Positions 10,172 through 19,548 of a stretch of 64,000 nucleotides of DNA are shown piece by piece. This stretch comes from Malacoraja senta. Taxonomy: Eukaryota. Position 1 is the first letter of the stretch. The number at the start of each line of letters is the position of its first letter. Where the stretch lies: assembly GCA_038087875.1 (NCBI GenBank), contig JAXLNO010005746.1:1-64000 (forward strand). Direction: 5' to 3'. Made by a program: the position numbers and the translations under genes. The notes under the pieces are model-generated. The model searched no databases, had not been told where the DNA came from, and was given only the letters and a program-made list of their open reading frames with translations.

Positions 10172-10495
10172 GGTCAAGGGGAATAACTGGACACAAGGAG
10201 GTGAGGGGAGAGTTGGGGCAGTCGGTCACTGTGGAATGTCCATATGATCAGGAATACAGTGACAACAGGAAGCTATGGAGTAAAGGTGATGATTACTGGA
10301 CATCTGAGACCGTGGTTTCTACTGATCACCCACGACAAGGGGGAACTTCGATGACTGATAACAAAACAGAACAGATACTTTCAGTAACCATCGACAAACT
10401 GGAGAAGAGTGATGAAGGATACTACTGGTGTGTGATAGGAAAGGCAATATTGTCATTCAATGAAAAGACCTCCATCTCATTGAAGGTTTCTGAAG
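10172..10495 (+). CDS. Receptor gene 1 exon 2: Ig V-set domain of CD300/pIgR/TREM (MDIR-like) type
   Basis: VRGELGQSVTVECPYD...W...LSVTIDKLEKSDEGYYWC (C-X63-C); acceptor cccacag|, donor gaag|gtacat; 324 nt, phase 1-1. Confidence 0.92.
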
Positions 10496-10593
10496 GTACA
10501 TTGACGATCTCTCCTCACTCTCCCAGATGTGAAAATTCCAGCCTGGGATTTCCCGGCCTCGGTCATGACGGTGCCACATCCCCGGGGGTCCGT

Positions 10594-10635
10594 GGGGGGG
10601 AGGAGTTTGGGGGGAGGTGAGGGGGGGTAGGGGGG
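10594..10635 (+). other. Strong G-quadruplex motif G7-N8-G6-N6-G7-N2-G6
   Basis: Four runs of 6-7 G read directly; copy at 42962-43003. Confidence 0.8.
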
Positions 10636-11074
10636 ACCCGCTGCATGGGGCCACACCAAGATCCCACTGTCCCAGGAGCAGTGTGGGGGGTGGGGGGGAT
10701 CTCATCAATGGGGACCGGCGGTCCTGCTGCTGACGGTTCATTTCCCCAAACACGATCTCTCCGGGACCAGAACCTCTGGTGCCCCCTCACTGGAGCAGGG
10801 GGGGTGGAACCACCCCCTCACCCTCTCCCCCTTCCCGTCAATGTCACACCCACCACACACACAACATCTGAAGAAGGGTCCCAAGCCTATACATCGTCTA
10901 TTCATTCCATCCACAGATGCTGCCTGACTTGCTGAGTTACTCCAGCACTTTGTGTATTGCTCAAGATTCCAACACCTGCAATTCCTTGTGTCTCACAAAC
11001 TATGGTGATTCATGAGCTCAGTTTATTGTTGTCGCCTGTACTGAGGTACAGGGAAAAGCTTTTACCATGTTTCC

Positions 11075-11270
11075 AATGAGGGCCAAGTCATTGGGTATTT
11101 TAAGTGGAGATTGACATGTTCTTGATTAGTATGCATGTCAAGCGATATGAGGAGAAGGCAGGAGAATGGGGTTGAGAGGGAGAGATAGATCAGCCATGAT
11201 TAAATGGCGGAGTAGACTCAATGGACCAAATGGCCTAATTTTGCCCCTATTATTTATGAACTTATGAACT
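11075..11270 (+). mobile_element. CR1 3' fragment
   Basis: gagggccaagtcattgggtatttttaag...gatagatcagccatgattaaatggcggag. Confidence 0.75.
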
Positions 11271-11811
11271 AAGAATCCGCATGATGTGAGTGATATAGAC
11301 TTTACACTGAGCCACACAAACTGTACAAGATGAAATACTCAACGGGTCGGGCAGCATTTATGGAGAGAGACGAGACTTAATGTTTCAGGTAGATACCTCC
11401 AACCAAATTGCATTATTTTCAATTCAGTCCACGTAATGAAAATAGTCCATGGATCCTCCCACTCCCAAGTTCTTCTCCAACGTAGAAGACACTTGCCTAA
11501 CTCCAGCAGCAGGCAGACAACACAGCCTGTGGGACTCTGAAGGGCATGAAAGAAGTCAATGAATGCTTGCGACCATCCGGTGGCATCTTAATGGGTGAGC
11601 CTCCTGTCTAGATCAAGAGGCTTGGTCCATCTATGGTGGCCTCAGAAGGATCTTTGCCCAAATGTGTGGAGTCGGATTTGAACCCAGGAATCTCCCCACA
11701 CCGAGCAAGAGCGTTCCCAACTGAGGCATCTCCCACACCTCACTAAAGAGGCACAGGACGTGCTCTCAGACATTTAATGTTCAAAAACTTCATTCACTTT
11801 ATCTCCACAAG

Positions 11812-11896
11812 GGTCTCAAACAAGCCGCCCAGATATGATCATCACCACCGAGGCAGCAAGTTCCACTGAGTCTCTTGGTTCAACACCTCCAAACAG
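11812..11896 (+). CDS. Receptor gene 1 exon 3: Ser/Thr/Pro-rich stalk (G)SQTSRPDMIITTEAASSTESLGSTPPN(R)
   Basis: Acceptor ttcactttatctccacaag| (AAG, non-optimal), donor aacag|gttagt; phase 1-2 joins the V and TM exons in frame. Confidence 0.75.
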
Positions 11897-11949
11897 GTTA
11901 GTAACTCGAAGAGCCAACTCAGCCTCACCTGAGAACAAATTAGTTAAGT

Positions 11950-12190
11950 TCAGTTCAGCTCAGTTAAAAGATACAGCGTGGAAATGGACCCTTTGGCCCA
12001 CCGAGTCCGCTCTGATCAGCGATCACCCCATACACTAGTTCTGTTCTACATACTAGGGGCAATTTACTACAAACCGGCATGTCTTTGGAATGTGGGAGGA
12101 TACTGGAGAACCCAGAGTAAACTCTTGTGATCACAGGGAGAACATACAAACTATGTACTGACAGCACCAGTAGTCCGGTAGGATCGTATC
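11950..12190 (-). mobile_element. HE1/V-SINE-type SINE
   Basis: gatacagcgtggaaatggacccttt...tgtgggagg... Confidence 0.7.
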
Positions 12191-12821
12191 CTATTGTTAG
12201 TAAAATCATGCCCAGTACTTTGAGAAAGCGTGGCTGATCACATTCCAGTCCATTGATAAATAGTCATTGGCCTTGATTAAAGTCCCTCTGTCCTTAGTAC
12301 ACCCAGTGGCCCTACCATTGTGAATGTCTACCCTTATTTGATGCCAAAAACAAATAACTTCACACTTATCATGGTTCAATACCGGCTGGCATTGCTCTGC
12401 CCAACATACCAGTTGCTTCTTATCCCTCTGTGGTCTATGATTATCGTACTATCCAAAATGCTACAATTTTGGTGTAATCTGTAAACACGTTAATCATACT
12501 TCCAACAATAACATCTAAGGCCGGCAGATGGGAATAGTGTCGATAAGGACATCTTGGTCGGCGTGGGGAAATTAGGTCCAAGGACATGTTTTCATGCTCT
12601 ATGTCTGACCACCAACATGAACATCTAAGTTGTCAATGTATGTAGTCATGGAACACCTCCAAGGAATGGGTGCATGTTGCGATATAAACATCTTACCAAT
12701 GTCTACGCCACAACCTTGGATCACACTGAATGATTCCGTGTGCAATATGATGGAAATAATCTCCCAGCGTTGATCTTTGATAACTCTGTGTGGAAGTAAT
12801 AATATTTCCTTGGATTTCCAG

Positions 12822-12929
12822 GGACATCGTGTTGAATGTTCGCCGTGTTTGGGGTGTGTCACGCTGGGTACTCTTTGGAGTTCTGCTTCTCTTCCCGGTT
12901 TCCATCAGCTGTGTGACAACTTTTAAAAG
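12822..12929 (+). CDS. Receptor gene 1 exon 4: transmembrane exon (R)DIVLNVRRVWGVSRWVLFGVLLLFPVSISCVTTFK(R)
   Basis: Acceptor tttccttggatttccag|, donor aaaag|gtaaaa; phase 2-2; hydrophobic helix with an N-terminal Arg. Confidence 0.8.
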
Positions 12930-13027
12930 GTAAAAGTTTGTAATCTCTTCACTCTGGTGATGACATTAAATTCAATTGGAAATGATGGGAATTTACTTTA
13001 GAATTCTGGAGATAAAGTGTGGACATA

Positions 13028-15216
13028 CAGTGCCCTCCATAATGTTTTGGACAAAGACCCTTCATTTATTTATTTGCCTCTGTATTCCACAATTTGAGAT
13101 TTGTAATAGAAAAAAATCACATGTGGTGAAAGTGCACATGGACAGATTTTATTAAAGGGTATTTTTATACATTTTGGTTTCACCATGTAGAGATTACAGC
13201 TGTGTTTATACACAGTCCCCCCATTTCAGGGCACCATAATGTTTTGGACTCATTGCTTCACAGGTGTTTGTAATTGCTCAGGTGTGTTTAATTGCCTCCT
13301 CAATGCAGGGATAAGAAAGCTCTCAGCACCTAGTCTTTCCTCCAGTCTTTCCATCACATTTGGAAACTTTTATTGCTGTTTATCAACATGAGGACCAAAG
13401 TTGTGCCAATGAAAGTCAAAGAAGCCATTCTGAGACTGAGAAACAAGAATAAAACTGTTAGAAACATCAGCCAAACATTAGGCTTACCAAAATCAACTGT
13501 TTGGAACATCATTAAGAAGAAAGAGAGCACTGGTGAGCTTACTAATCGCAAAGGGAATGGCAGGCCAAGGAAAACATCAGGCCAAGATGACAAAAGAATT
13601 ATCTCTATAAAAAAAAAAACCCCAAACACCTGTCCGACAGATCAGAAACACTCTTCAGGAGTCAGGCGTGGATTTGTCAATGACCACTGTCTGCAGAAGA
13701 TTTCATGAACATAAATACGGAGGCTACACTGCAAGATGCAAACCACTGGTTAGCCGCAAAAGTAGGATGGCCGGCTTACAGTTTGCGAAGAAGTACTTAA
13801 AAGAGCAACCACAGTGCTGGAAAAAGGTCTTGTGGACAGATGAGATGTACAGGGTCTTGGTGAGACCACACCTGGAGTATTGCGTACAGTTTTGGTCTCC
13901 AAATCTGAGGAAGGACATTATAGCCATAGAGGGAGTGCAGAGAAGGTTTACCAGACTGATTCCTGGGATGTCAGGACTTTCATATGAAGAAAGACTGGAT
14001 AGACTTGGCTTATACTCGCTAGAATTTAGGAGATTGAGAGGGGATCTTATAGAAACGTACAAAATTCTTATGGGGTTGGACAGGCTAGATGCAGGAAGAT
14101 TGTTCCCGATGTTGGGGAAGTCCAGGACAAGGGGTCACAGCTTAAGGATAAGGGGGAAATCCTTTAAGACCGAGATGAGGAAAAACTTTTTCACACAGAG
14201 AGTGGTGAATCTCTGGAACTCTCTGCCAAAGAGGGTAGTTGAGGCCAGTTCATTGGCTATATTTAAGAGGGAGTTAGATGTGGCCCTTGTGGCTAAGGGG
14301 ATCAGGGGGTATGGAGAGAAGGCAGGTAACGGGATACTGAGTTGGATGATCAGCCATGATCATATTGAATGGCGGTGCAGGCTCGAAGGGCCAAATGGCC
14401 TACTCCTGCACCTATTTTCTATGTATCTATGTACCTATGTAAGATTAACATATCAGAGTAATGGCAAGAGCAAAGTATGGAGGAGGGAAGGAACTGCCCA
14501 AGATCTAAAGTATACCACCTCATCTGTGAAACACGGTGGTGGCGGTGTTATGTCCTGGGCATGTATGGCTGCTGAAGGTACTGACCCATTTATCTTCCTT
14601 GGTAATGCAACTGCTGATGGTAGTAGCATAATGAATTCTGACATGTATAGAGACATCCTATCTGCTAGAGGTTGACGGTTCATTCTACAGCAAGACAATG
14701 ATTCCAAACATATTGCAAAAACAACAAAGGAATTTTTCAAAGCTAAAAAATGGTCAATTCTTGAGTGGCCAAGTCATTCTGAACCCAATTGAGCATGCCT
14801 TTTATATGCTGAAGAGAAAACCGAAGGTGACTCGCCCCCAAAACAAGCATAAGCTAAAGATGGCTGCAATACAGGCCTGGCAGAGCATCACCAGAGAAGA
14901 CACCCAGCAACTGGTGATGTCCATGAATCTCAGACTTCAGGCATTCATTCCATGCAAAGGATATGCAACAAAATACTAAACATGACTACTTTCATTTACA
15001 TGACATTGTTGTGTCCCAAACATTATGGTGCCCTGAACTGGACTATGTATAATCACTGCTGTAATTTCTACCTGGTGAAATCAAAATGTATAAAAATCTG
15101 AAAATGTGCACTTTAACATATGTGATTTTTTTTTCTATTACTATTCTCAAATTGTGGAGTACAGAGGCAAATAAATAAATGATGGGTCTTTGTCCCAAAC
15201 ATTATGGAGGGCACTG
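13028..15216 (+). mobile_element. Tc1/mariner (IR/DR-type) DNA transposon, defective, interrupted by CR1
   Basis: TA|cagtgccctccataatgttt...aaacattatggagggcactg|TA; ~200-bp TIRs with inner direct repeats; transposase remnants (paired-like HTH, GRPRK, WTDE, QDN, NPIE). Confidence 0.92.
13846..14440 (+). mobile_element. 5'-truncated CR1 inserted in the Tc1 transposase just after WTDE
   Basis: tgtacagggtcttggtgagacc...ttttctatgtatctatgtacctatgt; Tc1 resumes at aagattaac. Confidence 0.9.
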
Positions 15217-15460
15217 TAGGCCCTACAGCCAACCAAATCCGCGCTGACCAATGATCACCCCGTACACTCGCACTATCCTACACATGAGGGACAATTTACA
15301 ATTATACAGAAGCCAATTAACCTACAAAACTACACGTCTTTGGATTGTGGGAGGAAACCGGAGCACCCGGATAAAACCCACGCTGCCTTACAGCGCCAAA
15401 CCCGGGTCTCTGGCGCTGTAAGGCAGTAACTCTACCGCTGCGCCACTGTGCCGCCCTGGG
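15217..15460 (-). mobile_element. HE1/V-SINE split by the Tc1 (its 3' tip is at ~13005-13027)
   Basis: Rejoined flanks gagataaagtgtggaca-TA-ggccctacagcc resemble SINE gagatacagcgtggaaacaggcccttcggcc. Confidence 0.7.
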
Positions 15461-15499
15461 TCATTTCCTCGGGTAAAATTTGATGGTAGAGATTATAAA

Positions 15500-15860
15500 C
15501 TGCGTTTTAATTGTTATTCAAGGAAAAAAACAGCCGAGATGTTGGAGATGGGGTCGGCAGCGGTGGAGGGAGGAGAAGAACAGTGCCGGTGAGCTGGCTG
15601 GGAGACGGCGTGGGAGGTGAGGGGAAAAGGGTGCGTTGGTTGGTCGAGGTGTGGGCGGAGTGCGAGTGGGCTGCTGGAGGCCCTGCAGCAGCCGGTGGAT
15701 CGGGTGCCGCTGGAGGCCCCACAGAGGTCGGGGACGAGCGTGCGGAGCGGACACGTCCTGCAGCGGCACGGAGCGGCGGTGGAGGCACCAACAACATCGC
15801 CAGGCCAGGCCGACCCCTGCAACTCCCACCCAGTGCAGTCCCCACGACAACGAGACTTTA
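15500..15860. other. GC/CpG-rich island of unknown origin in the last intron
   Basis: High GC and CpG content, internal repeat gctggaggccc x2, overlapping low-complexity ORFs; absent from paralogous 5.85 kb position. Confidence 0.5.
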
Positions 15861-16236
15861 AGCCCAAAATATGACAATACTTTTTTATCAATTTGATGTT
15901 TAAGAATATAAGATACTGCCAGAAATGTGGCAACTCTAGTGTACTGTATCATATAATCTGCTATTAATACAATCTTGTTCTTAGCTTCAGCTGTGCTTAT
16001 ATAAAGTAAGATTTGTACTGAATTCTATGCAAAAGAAATTTCACTGTACCCATGTGCATGAGACAATCAAGTACCATTGAACCATTGAGCAATGGGGATA
16101 TAAAAATGGTTACATGATTACAAGTATTGAACTTGGACACGCGTTAGAACAATAAGATAAAAATTAAGGGTAATCGTTATATCAATATTGTTGTTCTGAT
16201 GGAATGACGTCCAATAATCATCGTTTAGCTTTTCAG

Positions 16237-16339
16237 GGCCAAAGAGGGTGTTCACCAGTTGCAGATGGACAAATCTCATCACCTTGACCCTACAGCATCA
16301 CCACACCCCACCTATGTCCAATCTAACTTGACCACTTGA
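16237..16339 (+). CDS. Receptor gene 1 probable exon 5: cytoplasmic tail (R)AKEGVHQLQMDKSHHLDPTASPHPTYVQSNLTT*
   Basis: Acceptor gtttagcttttcag|g; phase 2 matches the TM exon; open to TGA; AATAAA ~395 nt downstream; stop abuts a CR1 fragment, so tentative. Confidence 0.45.
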
Positions 16340-16733
16340 GGAGGAATTTCTTTAACCAGAGGGTGATGAATCTGTTGGAATTCATTGCCACAGATGGCTG
16401 TGGAGGCCAAGTCAATGGATATTTTTAAATTGGAGATTGACAGGTTTACTCAGGGTGACAAAAGTTGTGGGGAGAAGGCAGGAGAATGGGATGGAGGGGG
16501 AAAGATAGATCATCCATGATTGAATGGCGGAGTAGACTCGATGGAGAAAATGGCTGAATTCTGTACCTATGTTTGCAGACACGTCTGTACATCCTGACAT
16601 TCACCCAAAAGACAGCAGTACATAGACTAGAACTCAAAGCAGGCTCTCCAGAATGTGAACTTTTAACTTTACTACCAATTGAATTGTTGTGTAAAACCCT
16701 GCACATTGAATAATGATTAAAATAATCCAATGT

Positions 16734-16739
16734 AATAAA
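16734..16739 (+). terminator. Candidate polyadenylation signal of gene 1 (copy at 49102-49107)
   Basis: AATAAA downstream of the putative last exon; absent from the paralogous blocks at ~28975 and ~35720. Confidence 0.3.
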
Positions 16740-16789
16740 AGATGCTGAATTTTTGTCATAAGATCATAAGTGATAAGGGTAGAATTAGT

Positions 16790-17150
16790 TTGGTTTATAG
16801 ATACCGCATGGAAACAGGCCCATTGGCCCACCGAGTCCATGCCGACCATTGATCACCTGTACACACTATGTTTAAGAAGAAACTGCAGATGCTGGAAAAG
16901 CGGTAGACAAAAACGATGAGTTTCTCTGACATTTTTGTCTACATGTACACACTAGTTCTGTTATCCCACTTTCTCATCCATTCCCTACACATTTGCGACA
17001 ATCTTGCAGAGGTATTTAACCTACAAACTCGCATGTATTAGGGATGTGGGAGGAAACCGGAGCACCCAGAGGAGACCCACGCGGTCACAGGGAGAACGTG
17101 CAAACTCCACACTGATAGCGCCGGAGGTCAGAATCCAACTGGGGTCTCTG
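16790..17150 (-). mobile_element. Mosaic V-SINE carrying a Penelope-type insert
   Basis: Left part matches the SINE at 27515-27780, right part matches the SINE at 29550-29650. Confidence 0.7.
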
Positions 17151-18069
17151 GGGGTGGTTGCAGTTCCACCTACAGCAAACCCAACCCCACAAATATCACC
17201 CAGAACAAGCCTCTCCATCACCAGTGTAGCAGTGTGACAACACAATGTGAGCAACTCACAACAAAATAGGTTGAGAAATAGGAAGACACAAGGAAGTACA
17301 GATGCAGTGATATCTGATAGTCCGCTCGAGTAGATTGCAACCCAATGGTGGGAACATTGAATTTTCTAGTTTTAAGTAATTAACCCACAACAATCTTTTC
17401 CACTAATCTCCGTCCCTTTCCACATCTATATATATATATATATATCCTTTCTTCCAGCTTCACATTTCATGCCTCTTCCATATCTCATATCACCATCTCA
17501 CAGCCTTTTATCTTCTTTCCATCTCTGGCCTTCGTCCACCCATCAGCCAGTAACCCTCTCTCCCTCACCTGTATCCACCTATCACTTGCCAGGCTTCATC
17601 CTTCCCCCACCTCTCTCCCAGCTTTCTCCCCCCTACTACAATCAGCCTGAAGAAGGGTCCGAACCCAAAACGTCACCTATCCATGTTCTCTGGAGATGCT
17701 GCCTGACCCATTGAGTTACTCCAGCATTATATGTCTGTTTTTGAGAAATAGGAAGTTGTGAGGTTGATAAGAAGATTTGAACAACAGTGTAAATATTTTG
17801 AAACCAAATCATTGGTTCCACGGGTTAGGGTTGTTATGACAGTATGCAGGGTGGGTTATCAGATCTGTGAGGTGTGGAGAACCATGGTCAAGTCCAAATC
17901 CACCCACATGTCACAGTGCCAGGGTGAAGGGTGAGTGGGGCAGAGCAGGGTGGGACACTGGCACCAGAGTTAAACTCATAGAGTCATATAGTGCAGAAAC
18001 AGGCCCTTCTTCCCAACTTGACCATGCTGACCAAACTGCCCACCTACACTAGTAGTAGTGTAGTTACTA

Positions 18070-18350
18070 TATGTAGTGTACCCCAGTGGTATGAACATTG
18101 ACTTCTCCAATTTCAGGTGGTCCTTGCTTTCTCCCTCCTTCCCCTCCCCTTCCCAGCTCTCCCACAGCCTACTGTCACCTTCGCTTCCGTTCTTCTTCCT
18201 GCCTCCCGCCCCCACCTCCACATCAGTCTGAAGAAGGATCTCGACCCGAAACATCACCTATTCCTTCGCTCCATAGATGCTGCCTCATCCGCTGAGTTTC
18301 TCCAGCATTTTTTACTACCTTCGTTTTTTCCAGCATCTGCAGTTCTTTCT
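18070..18350 (+). mobile_element. Penelope-like 3' end/pLTR fragment with hammerhead-like core at 18225-18258 (copies ~30727, ~50593, ~63098)
   Basis: atgaacattgacttctccaatttcagg...ctgaagaaggatctcgacccgaaacatcacc...ccagcatctgcagttc. Confidence 0.65.
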
Positions 18351-18699
18351 TAAACCTAAACTAGTTTAGTTTAGTTTAGAGATACAGCGTGGAAACTGGC
18401 CCTTCACCTACCGAGTCCGCACCGAACAGTGATCCCACGCATTAACATCCTACATGCACTGGGGACTATTTATACTTATACCAAGCCAACTAACCAACTA
18501 ACCGATACGTTTTTGGAGTGTGGGAGGAAACTGAAGATCTCGGAGAAAACCCAGGCGGGGAGAACGTACAAACTCCCTAAACAAGAGTGAGGGTTAACTT
18601 CTGGATTCACCCTCAGACACACACACATTACCTTGGTTTTACAGTAGAAATCCCTTCAAATGCTTTCATGAAGTTCTTTTCCAAAATAATTGCTATACA

Positions 18700-19220
18700 C
18701 ATAGAGTCATAGTGTGACTCAGTGTGGAAACAGGCCCTTCTGCCCAACTTGCCGACACCAGCCAACATGTCCCAGGCCAGTTCCACCTGCTCGCATTTGC
18801 CCCATATCCCTCCAAACCTGTCCTATCCAAGTACCCTATCTAACTGTATCTAAAACATTGGGATAGTCCCTGCCTCACTACCTCCTCTGGCAGTTTGTTC
18901 CATATACCCACCACCCTTTCTGTGAAAAAGTTACCCCTCAGATTCCTATTGAATCTTTTCCCCTTCACATTACACCTATGTCCTCTGGTCCCCGATTCAC
19001 CTGCACTGGGAAAGTGACACTGTGCATCTACCCAATCTATTCCTCTTGTAATTTTATACATCTCTATAAGATCACCCCTCATCCTCTGCGCTCCAAGGAA
19101 TAGAATCCCAGCCTACTCAACCTCACTATAGCTCAGACCATGTAATCCTGGCAACATCCTCGTAAATCTTCTCTGTATCCTTTCCAGCTAGACAACATCT
19201 TTCCTATAACACGATGCTTT
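18700..19220 (-). mobile_element. CR1 3' fragment (copies ~31210-31735, ~51070-51590, ~63580-64000)
   Basis: ORF 18840..19082 (RGDLIEMYKI...FFTERVVGIWNKLPEEVV). Confidence 0.85.
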
Positions 19221-19548
19221 TGAAAGACCCATCTGGTTATTATATCAATTGATCACTAATTACTGTTCTCACCTCTAATGACAAGAGCAGCTTAGGTTAA
19301 CCAATAAAATATGTTTGTTAATAAACAGCTTTTTAAACAAAACCAGTTCTGCTGTTTGGCATAATTCTATCCTAAAAGCAAGTGATTATACAATCCTTAT
19401 ACAATACTTGGGGTGCTGTATCAGGTAATATGGTTAATGTAGCTATTTATTGCAGATAAATTGCAGGGGTGTGGAGGCAAGGTCAATGGATATTTTTAAG
19501 TTAGTTTTGATGTAGGAACAGGCCAGGGTAACATGTAGGCTATGAGAA

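Noticed and set aside
10162-10620. ORF-track 152-aa ORF as a single-exon protein
   Set aside because: It starts at an intronic GTG and runs through a good donor at 10496. The extension could matter only as an intron-retained secreted isoform, for which there is no evidence here.
11428-11481. 54-nt Pro/Ser-rich candidate extra stalk exon
   Set aside because: The Pro/Ser frame is phase 2 while the flanking exons need phase 1, and the donor (ac|gtagaa) is weak.
15507-15952. Six overlapping ORFs of 85-144 aa
   Set aside because: Expected from GC-rich, stop-poor sequence; low-complexity translations with no recognisable domain.
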